DNA of 63,563 nucleotides, counting the filler, from Octopus bimaculoides (Eukaryota), in assembly GCF_001194135.2 (NCBI RefSeq). It is 7 parts of 6 records of this genome, joined end to end, with 100 filler letters (N's around TTAATTAATTAA, not from the genome) between each part and the next. Parts side by side here need not be neighbours in the genome. Positions count along the whole stretch, not along the records: positions 44,904 to 54,557 come from NC_068982.1; positions 54,658 to 59,637 come from NC_069005.1; positions 59,738 to 61,972 come from NC_068984.1; positions 62,073 to 63,563 come from NC_068981.1; 3 more parts are not named here. One strand, given 5' to 3'. This document shows, in pieces, positions 52,840-63,563 of this stretch. The translations under genes were made by a program, and so were the position numbers. How positions within the stretch are numbered: the stretch's first letter is position 1; each line of letters begins with the position of its first letter. The notes under the pieces were generated by a model. That model made no database searches and had not been told where the DNA came from. It saw only the letters and a program-made list of their open reading frames with translations.

Positions 52840-53697
52840 TTGTTTCGGGATGATCATTTTATTTATTTATTATCATTTTTTTTTTTGATAAATAAACACA
52901 CGCACTGTATATTTTTTCACTCGTTTATTCGTGTTATTTTATTATTATTTTTTTATTATTTCTTTAACGCCTGTCCATTGTCCTGGAATCTTTCGTCACA
53001 CATCTGTGACCTCTTCAGCGACACTTTTCATTTCTGTGTGTGTTATTACTCCACTTCATTCTTTTTGTCTATGATGTGTATCCTTATGTGCGCATGCGTT
53101 GCTGTCCTTGTGTGTGGGCATGGATACATACGAAGCGAACCCATGAACCCATACACACACATAAACAGACACACATGAAACTTCATGGACAGCCTATATG
53201 CCAACAGCACATCTAACACGGTCAGCAGCAGCGGCGGTGCCGACGATGTCAATAACAACAACAACTTCAACCACGATGGCAACACCGTGGACGAACACAG
53301 ATACACAGAGGAATACAGGAATTGTACCTTCCTGTTTTTTTCTTCTTTCTCGGGTCTTAGGACGGCCGCAGCACAATAGGGTGAGACGCTTGGACTGAGG
53401 GGAAGGTCATACTGCTGTTAAACACACACACACAAGGACACAATCGCATGTGCACATTAGGATACACATCTTAGAACAGAATGGAGTAGGTGGAGCAAGA
53501 CCACACACAGAAATGTAAAGAGTGACGAAATATTTCTTTTGTCAAACATCTGTGTGACAAAAGATTTCAGGACAATGGACAGGCGTTAAAAAAACTAATA
53601 AAATAACAGTAATAAACTAGTGAAGAAAAATATATATAGCGCGTGTGTATATTTGGCAAAACAAAAATGAAATGACCACCCCGAAATACGATAATAT
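52840..53697. mobile_element. Long foldback element enclosing a ~300-bp unique core
   Basis: Arms at about 52893-53117 and 53424-53650 are about 80% identical in inverted orientation (e.g. tttaacgcctgtccattgtcctg / caggacaatggacaggcgttaaa). Weaker similarity extends outward to about 52840 and 53697. Confidence 0.8.
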
Positions 53698-54077
53698 GAA
53701 GATACATATATCTGTATATAACTTTCCTATGTCTATCATACCATTCCCCTTTCATGTAGTCATACTGTCACTCTCTATTCTTGTGTATATCTTGTACATA
53801 TCTTATATATATATATGTGACACATAATTTGCATATTAGGTATATTAGAATATGCACTTTACTCCACATTCTTTTTGTATATCTATCTACCTATCTATCT
53901 GTCTATCTTTTCTCTCCCTTCTCTCTCTCTCTACCTATCTGCCTATCTATGTTTCTCTATCTCGCAAACTCTCATTCTCTTTCTCCCTCTCCTTTTATAT
54001 ATATGTGTGTGTGTGTATAGATACACACACATGCACTTATATGTATATATACACGTACGCGTGTGTGGGTGTTGTTC

Positions 54078-54300
54078 AATAGTTAAGGTGTTGCACTCAC
54101 GATCGTCAATTTGCAGTTTCGATTACTGGACCGGGCGATACTTTGTGTTCTTGGACACAACAATTAATTTCCCATTGCTCCAGACTATTCAACTGGCAAA
54201 AATGAGTAATTCTACGATGAACCGGCGTCCCGTCATAGGCGAATAATATGTACGCTAGAGAAGAATATACACACTGCAAAATCCGCGAAACCGGCCATCT
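54078..54300 (+). mobile_element. Decayed SINE family C with a type 1-like tail
   Basis: gtttcgatt.ctggaccgggcg head and ctggcaaaaatgagta, then cgatgaaccggcgtcccgtc...gaaaccgg. Confidence 0.65.
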
Positions 54301-54657
54301 TAGAGTATGACACGAGAAGAATCTTTGATCTTTTTCATAAATAAGCCACTTGCAAGGCGTCCATGACGGTAGGAAGATGATTTAGTGAAGCGGTTTGGTT
54401 CAAAATGAAAAAGAATGGCGTAATCAAGACAGTACTGGAAGTGCATTGTGACGAGCGGTGTATAACAGCATCTGATGGTCTTGTTGATACTGCGATATTG
54501 TGATATATATACATATGTATATATATATGTATATATATATGTATGTATATATATATANNNNNNNNNNNNNNNNNNNNNNNNNNNNNNNNNNNNNNNNNNN
54601 NTTAATTAATTAANNNNNNNNNNNNNNNNNNNNNNNNNNNNNNNNNNNNNNNNNNNN

Positions 54658-54679
<22 letters not shown>

Positions 54680-54701
<22 letters not shown>

Positions 54702-54900
54702 CTTCAAGACAAAACTGGATCGCCTCCTGTCGCGAATTCCCGATGAACCTACCTCGCGACACGAAACGCAGACGAGGGCAGCAACATGAAATTCCTTCGC
54801 TCATCAAATGCCACATATCATAGAAAATTTTGTGAAAGTGTTCTAAAGCTAATGGTGGTGCGACAGCATGGCCACAGCTCTCGAGGTGAAAGTAATGATG
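54680..54900 (+). mobile_element. 3' end of a CR1-like LINE
   Basis: Translates as FKTKLDRLLSRIPDEPT...RAAT*NSFAHQ, followed by a short UTR and a taatgatgataat tail. Confidence 0.7.
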
Positions 54901-54927
54901 ATAATCTATATATATATATTATGTTGT

Positions 54928-55205
54928 TCTGAAAATAATGACCGATTTCAGAAACAATTTTATTCTGGAAAAATTAACAATAGAAATGTTTTGATTAGTC
55001 AAAGTATGAGCCGTGTACATCTGCATGACCGTCTTCTTCATCTTTAAGGCTCTCATCACCACTACTGAATTTCTGAAACCACCTTGGTATTGTGCGATCC
55101 CTTGTGGACCCTTTTCCCTATGCTCTCTTGATATTGGCAGCAGTTTGGGAGGCATTGTGTCCAAGCTTGAAATTTTTTATTTTTTTTATTTTCGGAATAC
55201 AGTTC
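54928..55205 (-). mobile_element. Mariner fragment (Hsmar1/SETMAR-like HTH) joined to a 3' TIR
   Basis: Translates as FKLGHNASQTAANIKRA*GEGSTRDRTIPRWFQKFSSGDESLEDEE. A TIR-like TA-TTATGTTGTTCTGAAAATAATGACCGAT starts at about 54928. Confidence 0.8.
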
Positions 55206-55933
55206 CTTCTGCTATAATCTGTTTTCCAACGACTTTTCTTTTTTCGGAAGCGTCTCAGTAGTGGTCTCACGAAGCTCCTTCCGGAATTCCTCATGAGAAG
55301 TGCGTGAGGTCGGCTATGTCTCAATCTCGTGTGTGTAGGTACATCTGTAGCGCTGCTTCTAAGTTATGTGTTATACGTGCAGCTTCCCTTTTTTTTCCTT
55401 CTGTTTTTCCTCTTTTTTTTTTTGTTATAAACATGGTCATCTAGGAAAGATAAAAGATGAAGTTAATCTGCTCCGTGAGATACGAAGGTCGGNNNNNNNN
55501 NNNNNNNNNNNNNNNNNNNNNNNNNNNNNNNNNNNNNNNNNNNNNNNNNNNNNNNNNNNNNNNNNNNNNNNNNNNNNNNNNNNNNNNNNNNNNNNNNNNN
55601 NNNNNNNNNNNNNNNNNNNNNNNNNNNNNNNNNNNNNNNNNNNNNNNNNNNNNNNNNNNNNNNNNNNNNNNNNNNNNNNNNNNNNNNNNNNNNNNNNNNN
55701 NNNNNNNNNNNNNNNNNNNNNNNNNNNNNNNNNNNNNNNNNNNNNNNNNNNNNNNNNNNNNNNNNNNNNNNNNNNNNNNNNNNNNNNNNNNNNNNNNNNN
55801 NNNNNNNNNNNNNNNNNNNNNNNNNNNNNNNNNNNNNNNNNNTGTGACGTCAGTGTTTTTGTATAATGAACATGTTGTCTACGATTTTAATTAGATTTTA
55901 GTAAAGACAGACATAGCAACAACAGCGACAACC

Positions 55934-55982
<49 letters not shown>

Positions 55983-55984
55983 TA

Positions 55985-56535
55985 CCCTAATACAGTATCA
56001 AGCCTCTCATGGCTTCTGATCTTAACTGATTGGAAGTGTTATCATGTACATGTTTTATCTTGGTATAAAAGATGGGCTACAGCAAATATTCTGCTCAATA
56101 CCACAGATTCGCTAGTCAGTTGCTTGACCTTAACCAGTTGAGCATGTCCCTTGGTGGCTGACGATATGTGCATCCCTGATCGCGAGCAGAAGTATTGGAG
56201 GGGGGGCATCATAGCCATGTGTTGAGAGGAATTGTTTTGGGGGTTGAATAATTAACCCCTGGAAACATAGCTGTTTTGTTTATCATCCTTAAACAACCTT
56301 TATTCAGAGAACTTTTGAGCTACTCAACCTGAAAAAATTCTAACTGATCTCCACTTGCAAGGTCATGCACTGTTTATCTTGATATGAGATCACCATATCG
56401 CAGACGTACTGTTGTGATGTATGTATCTGGTGTACCCTTTTCAGACGGGTATATTGGGTTTCGTATATTTGGGCTTCGTACATTTGTACCCCAATGTACG
56501 TTCGATGGCATGCACTCTCACTCAATAATTAAAAT
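55985..56535. mobile_element. Unclassified interspersed repeat between AAT-rich tracts
   Basis: Higher-GC block between (AAT)n at 55932-55981 and caataattaaaataat at about 56523. I recall it as a common Octopus repeat; no coding motif was recognised. Confidence 0.45.
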
Positions 56536-57016
56536 AATGAGTCTTTTCTTTATGAAGCACTGAAGGTTCATATAAAAAGATTGGGGACAGTACATGTGAG
56601 TACAATAAAATCGGATTGAAACGTGTAAATAAAGAATAACAACGAAAATATTTTAAAAGATAAATAGATAGATAGATAAATAGATAGATAGATAGATAGA
56701 TAGAAACAAGAAGAGAACATCTACGNNNNNNNNNNNNNNNNNNNNNNNNNNNNNNNNNNNNNNNNNNNNNNNNNNNNNNNNNNNNNNNNNNNNNNNNNNN
56801 NNNNNNNNNNNNNNNNNNNNNNNNNNNNNNNNNNNNNNNNNNNNNNNNNNNNNNNNNNNNNNNNNNNNNNNNNNNNNNNNNNNNNNNNNNNNNNNNNNNN
56901 NNNNNNNNNNNNNNNNNNNNNNNNNNNNNNNNNNNNNNNNNNNNNNNNNNNNNNNNNNNNNNNNNNNNNNNNNNNNNNNNNNNNNNNNNNNNNNNNNNNN
57001 NNNNNNNNNNNNNNNN

Positions 57017-57069
<53 letters not shown>

Positions 57070-58295
57070 GAGTGCAATGTTTCATAACTTTCACCGTTAT
57101 TATAAGACATCGCTTGTGTCAGTTAATCGGCTGACCTGCAAAAAATCGCCGCTAAACCTTCCCAGATCATTCTTGATAAATATCGGAAGAAAGCATATTC
57201 GATACAGTACTCTTAGATGCACAATGCCTGGAAAAAAATAAGAGAAGAGATGGTTTCGACTGAAATATCTCTGAATCAAAGGCCTGTTCGATGAAGGATG
57301 ACTGGAAGCTAAAGAACAACAACAACAACAACAGCAACAGCAGCTGCTGCAGTAATCTGTTATCGGTCTAAATTGTCTGCTGTGTTTCTTTGGGATTCTT
57401 TAATCACAGAACAGCCTTTACATTTCGTTATCCATTTTGGCTGGCACAGTTTATCTTTGGTCTACCAATCACAGTATCATTATATATCGACAATATGGCT
57501 GAAGGGAAACGTTTCACTAGAACATCTTGCTTACTAAATAAACATACGTTAGATTCTCACAAATGTATGATACAGCGAGTTGAAGAGGAAAAGAAAGCAA
57601 TAACAAAATGACTGTTTATTTAACTGAGATCATCCATGCAATTAATAGGTAAAAAAAAAAAAAAATTCCTTACGATTAATTGGGATCATCCATGCATTTT
57701 GTGCAAAAATACTTCCTGCTTAAAATCTACAAACAATAATAAGAAAGGGAGATAATTTAAGTCAGATCAGATAACTGCAATTTGGAGAAAATAAAGTTGA
57801 TGTATATTATGTACACCTTTTATGTTTTTATCTTTTATCTTTTACTTGCTTTAGTCACTAAACTGCGGCCAAGCTGGGGCACCGCCTTGAAGAATTTTTA
57901 GTCGAATGAATCGTCCCCGGTGTTTATTTTTCTTTATTTTTCTATATATAGTTTAGTTATTCTCACTGACTAGCTCCAGATCCACTGTAATCAGGAGATC
58001 ACTGATAAAAGACATTCCAGTTGTGACTACCACACTTTTTGTTCTTTTTTTGCATTTCTAGAGCAAAATTTTCCAATTTCTTCGTGCTTAAAAGGAAGTT
58101 TTTTCAGGGCTATTGGCTACTACTTTTAGCAAGTCGAACTACGAAGTCTAGATTTCGTTATGTTCTTACACATAGGCATCACACTGTGTTTAAAAGTTTC
58201 TCTCCTTCATAGACTGATGGTTCCAAGTTCGATCTAGCCGTGTGGTACCTTAGGCGAGTGTCTTAGCTTCAGGTTAATCAATTTCTTAAATGAGA

Positions 58296-58454
58296 ATAAT
58301 AATCGGATCACTTCATTTTGTAAGTAAATGTCTAACTGTTACTCTGGATCAGCTTAGATTTTCAGAGAAAGAAATCAACCAACTGATTCGCACATCACAA
58401 ATACAATCTGTAAGCGGAACAGAAAAACTCTGTAAGACTTTGAAATTCCACTAA
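58296..58454 (+). mobile_element. C-terminal fragment of a second RLE-type LINE
   Basis: Translates as IIIGSLHFVSKCLTVTLDQLRFSEKEINQLIRTSQIQSVSGTEKLCKTLKFH*, resembling PIIIGALG...LQ.QS..GT.KICKTF C-termini. Confidence 0.6.
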
Positions 58455-59084
58455 CTCCATTAAAATTGAGAGAGAAAAAATATTAATTAGAATATTACTA
58501 AAGATGGTCTGCAAGATTTTGATAAAAAAACCCTAAGCTTGAATGTAATAAAAAACATTACAAATACAAGAAGAGGTTTACAAGAAGAGGTTTACAAGAG
58601 GTTTTCAAGAAGAGGTTTACTCAGCTGGATAAAGAAATGATGCGTTATAAATAAATAGATGTTAACGAGGATAAACTTCATGGTGAGAGACAGTTTCCTC
58701 ACCGTCTCAATAACTATAATTCCGCCACTACCGACGACTCCAACCCTCGCACAGTAGACAACATCTTTTGTGATAAGAACGTATTGTGTTATTACGATTT
58801 TTATTTGTTTCCACCGGTATTTTTCTTCAAATGTTTTCTTTATGGAGGGGCCTATATATTGTACTACGTATTGTTAAAGTGATCGTGTTACCTATTTATT
58901 TATTTATTTATTTATTTATGTACTTATCTATTTTGCTTTGTTTAGTAAGAAAAAAATGTCTGTTGAAATAGATTACCACTTTATAATCCGCAAATATCAG
59001 TGGGATGACGATTCGTGACACCTGACATTGCGTCACGACAGGTTTTTCAGGAACTCATTGCTACTCCGTACTGCGAACGATTCC

Positions 59085-59132
<48 letters not shown>

Positions 59133-59163
59133 TATAAACATGTAAATGTACATATATACATTT

Positions 59164-59202
<39 letters not shown>

Positions 59203-59250
59203 CATATAAATATATACTAGATATATTTCCTACTATATGTATATATGTAT

Positions 59251-59317
<67 letters not shown>

Positions 59318-59326
59318 ATATATATA

Positions 59327-59363
<37 letters not shown>

Positions 59364-59575
59364 GAATATATATGGATATATATGTGTGTATATACATATA
59401 TATATATACATGTTTACATACATGTATACATATATGTATATATACATACATATATATATATACACACACACATATATATATACATATATATATTTATACA
59501 TATATATATATATACACGCATATATATATACATACATATTGCATGTATGTGTTGTGTTTCCTCTCTCTCGCCCCA

Positions 59576-59614
<39 letters not shown>

Positions 59615-59809
59615 TTCTCACTCTCTCTCTCTCTCTCNNNNNNNNNNNNNNNNNNNNNNNNNNNNNNNNNNNNNNNNNNNNTTAATTAATTAANNNNNNN
59701 NNNNNNNNNNNNNNNNNNNNNNNNNNNNNNNNNNNNNATTCACTTGCTTTCACTAAAAGTGATTACAAAGTTTTTCTTTGAGATACCTTCTCAAAATGTT
59801 TACACTTTC

Positions 59810-60045
59810 TTTTCTTTTACTTGTTTCAGTCATTTGGCTGCGGCCATGCTGAAGCACCACCTTTTAGTCGAGCAAATCGACCCCAGGACTTATTCTTTGT
59901 AAGCCTAGTACTTATTCTATTGGTCTCTCTTGCCGAACCGCTAAATGACAGCATCGGTTGTGAAGCGTTGTTGTGAGGACAAACACAGACACGCAAACAT
60001 ATACAACCATATATATACAAATATAAGACGGGCTTCTTTCAGTTT
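59810..60045 (-). mobile_element. SINE family D, 3' part
   Basis: tttacttgtttcagtcatttggctgcggccatgctg...gaccccaggacttattctttgtaagcctagtacttattctat. Confidence 0.82.
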
Positions 60046-60682
60046 CACAAAAATATTATCTCTCAAGTTTCTTGCTATTGTGCAAAAATGTGAAGCACCA
60101 TTGCCCTTAGAATGATGGAAGTCTTCGGAATGATGGAAGTCTTCTGTCTCACACAACATGACAAAGCTTTAAAAGAATTTTTTCTTATACTTTTAAAATC
60201 TTTATCAAGTCTAGTTCCTGATATAATTTATCGCTTTGAAATCCAGTGACCTTTTAAATTTCTATCATCTGTTGAACTTTCATCATTTCTTTTTACTGTG
60301 AATCGTACTGAGCGCTTCTACCATATTTTCCACCTGTAATTTTGCTATGAAACGTGTCTGAACATTCCATTTTTGAGCATATTTTTTTCACTATCAAAGG
60401 TTTGCTTGTACACGCTCTTCCTTCTAAATTTTCAAAGTATTTTTCATTTTTCATCCACCATTGCGAAACAAAAACGTTATTGAAACTAGTACGGTATTTA
60501 AATAAATTTTAAAATCATAACAAAAATACAAAATTTGCTTCAAAACCCCTGACGCATTTTCAACACCAAAATCATTTTCTTATATTTCCACGTGTGTGGA
60601 AGTAAATCTCTTCTTTCTAATATACCGTAAAAACCCATGTAATTTACGCATAATTTACGCGCGCGAGTATGTGTATGTGTGT

Positions 60683-60722
<40 letters not shown>

Positions 60723-60778
60723 GTAGGTAGACAGATAGCTTTGTAGATATATTTATATCGTATACGTGATATACTACA

Positions 60779-61130
60779 GCACTCCACCGGTTACTACGAC
60801 GAGGGTTCCAGTTGATCCAATCAACGGAACAGCCTGCTCGTGAAATTAACGTGCAAGTGGCTGAGCACTCCACAGACTCATGTACTTCTCGGGGAGATTC
60901 CGAATGACACAGAGTGTGACAAGGCTGGCTCTTTGAAATACAGGTACAACAGAAACTGGAGATAAGAGTGAGAGAAAGTTGTGGTGTAAGAGTACAGCAG
61001 GGTTCGACACCATCCCCTGCCGGAGCTCTAAGTGTTTTCGGTCAATAAACACTCACAACGCCCGGTCTGGGAATTGAAATTGCGATCCTATGACCGCGTG
61101 TCCGCTGCCCTAACCACTGGGCCATTACGC
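60779..61130 (-). mobile_element. tRNA-derived SINE family B with tail type 2
   Basis: Same head and body as 29778-29990, but the 3' part matches the tail of the family C copies at 18865-19100 and 26980-27140. Confidence 0.85.
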
Positions 61131-61939
61131 AATACGTAATAGAGATATTGTATGTATTATATTTATTCTCATATCATATCATCTTTGTATAATGTATAAT
61201 ATACTGTATATTATTTGATTTATGTAGGAAATATATTATATATTGTATTTTTATGACATACATATTATATTTATATATCATACATATGTACAAATATATT
61301 TTATTTATATATTGTTGACGGCAGGTGGTTTTTACAACACTCAAAGATGTTTATAAGTAAACAGTGTTTAAGGGACAACTTATTCATTTTTTTATGACTG
61401 TCACGACTAAAAAAAAATACTCGAATTTTTCAAAGTACATTAACACACCTTTGTTTATTTTTGTTGCACCTCTGTACCGCCTTACATTAATATCTTTGAT
61501 GTTTTTTGTTGTAATTGAATCAATAAACCATTGTATAATTTTGCATGGTTAGACCCTCGTAACACATCGCATTTTAAAATCTATTTTCCTTTTATTTACA
61601 CTCCTTAAATTTTATCTATTTTTTCCTCCCTCACATTGCATTCGGTTTATCAATACAGCCATTTTTTTTTTCAAATCACATTTGTATTTACACAGCACCT
61701 ACCCTATGTTTCTTCTTTCTCCTCTTCATTTTCTTTTCTAACCAGTATATTCACCCATCACAATAATGGCTACTTTATCGACCAGCAAGATATTTTTGTT
61801 CCATTCTTATCTAATCAAAGCATATCTATTTGTCGTATGTTCTATTCGTTATAACCGACTGATGATCGGAACTGAGAGTGTGTACAGTTCTAGCTTTCAA
61901 TACAGTATAACACACACACATACACACGTACACACGCAC

Positions 61940-61972
<33 letters not shown>

Positions 61973-63511
61973 NNNNNNNNNNNNNNNNNNNNNNNNNNNN
62001 NNNNNNNNNNNNNNNNTTAATTAATTAANNNNNNNNNNNNNNNNNNNNNNNNNNNNNNNNNNNNNNNNNNNNACTTGATGTCTGTTAATTTATTTATCGT
62101 AGTAGAATTTCCTGTTGATGTCAAAAAATAAATCAACCAAAAAAGAAACAAATATAAAGACAAAAACAAAAATCAAATAATAGATGAAAATATAAATAAA
62201 TAAATAAATAACACCCCCGAATTTCATTTGTACGTAACAAAACAGAAGAGAACAATGTGTGTGCGTGTGATTGTGTGTGTATGAGCGCGCATGTGACTAT
62301 ACATTCATATACATGAATATATATACTATATATACACATACACACAAGCACACACACACACCAACGTCTTGAATGTGCCATTAGTGAACACACACACACA
62401 CAAACACGCACGTACGCTCACAAACACACACACACACACACGCACGCTCACACAGAGAGAAATATGAGTGGGTGGTGGTATATATACATACATACATACA
62501 TATATATATGCATGTTTATATATGTATATGTATATATATGTATGTATATATATATGTATACGTAAATATATGTATATATACATACTCACACACACACATA
62601 TACATATATATACATACGTGCATACACACACACACAAATACACACATACATACGCACATATACTCCTACATTTAAGACCGACAACAACAGAAATATCAGA
62701 AATAAACCAAAAGGAAAACAAACAAAATGTTAAAATGTAAAAAAAAAAAGGAATCACACACGATCGTGAATAATAGATACATTGTTTCGACAAAAAAAAA
62801 CATTCTCTAAGTATTAGAGACATTTTGAGCCAAGCTAGCATAAAAACTCATTGCAATGATGTTTAGCTGAAAGATTCGGTTACATAATGGAGACTTATAA
62901 AAGCAGGAACTGTTTTTAACAGTTTCCCATCTGACTTTGTCGCCTATATTTTGGTAAATAATTAAAGAACAGCTTTATATTTTCTGCCTTTTTACTGTAT
63001 CGTCGCGTAATAAATATTTTCAGTCTTGTTTGCTACAATGTTACTGTTCTCGTTCTTTCATTCACATATTCACTGGCTCTGAGGTTTGGAAGGTTATGGG
63101 AGGCATGATAATATATACAAGAATATTTTTAAAAAAGAAAAAAAAAAAGAAAGAAAAAGAAGGAATCTAAAGTGTATAAGTTTCGTAGAATAAAGAATTT
63201 TATAGAAACACCTTAAGTTGTTGTGACTGTGAAAAATGGTGGAATAATTCTTCGTTGCCACTTGGCAAATATGATTCATCAGAAATCTATTTTGGCGGGG
63301 GGCAAAACGGAAATATCTATACAGTAAATCATACATAATACTCTCACTTGTTTACAGCCCTTAATCAGTCCTGATACGAAAGTCTTTCGAAACATGAAGC
63401 GAAAGACTTTCCAGGCGTGACCATCACCACTGATACGTATATTTGAGCCTACATGATCTGTTGTAGCCTTTCATTTCTTCTTTTTGTATACGATGGAAGG
63501 GTATGATGAAA

Positions 63512-63547
<36 letters not shown>

Positions 63548-63563
63548 ATGTGTGTGTATATAT

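Noticed and set aside
58564-58620. Short tandem ACAAGAAGAGGTTT repeats (about 4 copies), and an 18-bp duplication at 60109-60144
   Set aside because: These are ordinary slippage products with no further structure.
60060-60660. Possible degenerate Tc1/pogo-like transposon
   Set aside because: Only one TIR-like end (taccgtaaaaaccc) and stop-ridden frames are visible, with no convincing motif.

Overview
AT-rich, microsatellite-saturated, gappy eukaryotic DNA with no intact host gene that I can recognise. The repeat families (tRNA-headed SINEs with internal TA/CA tracts, (GAT)n-tailed LINE 3' ends, mariner relics) match what I recall from Octopus, probably O. bimaculoides; this is recall, not a search. 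Six 100-bp spacers of the form N44-TTAATTAATTAA-N44 are artificial joins, so neighbouring segments are not necessarily contiguous. Main content: (1) a near-complete Naiad-type Penelope-like retroelement (RT with GLYRDD plus C-terminal GIY-YIG, about 36.5-38.2 kb) enclosed by ~380-bp inverted repeats, and an older related RT relic at 33.3-34.7 kb; (2) three hammerhead-ribozyme-like motifs with non-canonical cores (14985-15028, 38902-38937, 41654-41711); (3) mariner derivatives, including a palindrome built from two 5' ends and a deletion derivative that lacks most of the catalytic core; (4) small mariner, hAT and piggyBac MITEs and several unclassified foldback elements; (5) 3' ends of RTE-like, R4/Dong-like and CR1-like LINEs; (6) many SINEs; (7) two decayed paralogous coding-like segments at 3.3-3.6 kb and 4.7-4.9 kb. 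Most entries in the ORF track are microsatellite or N-gap artefacts. Coordinates of degenerate repeats are approximate.
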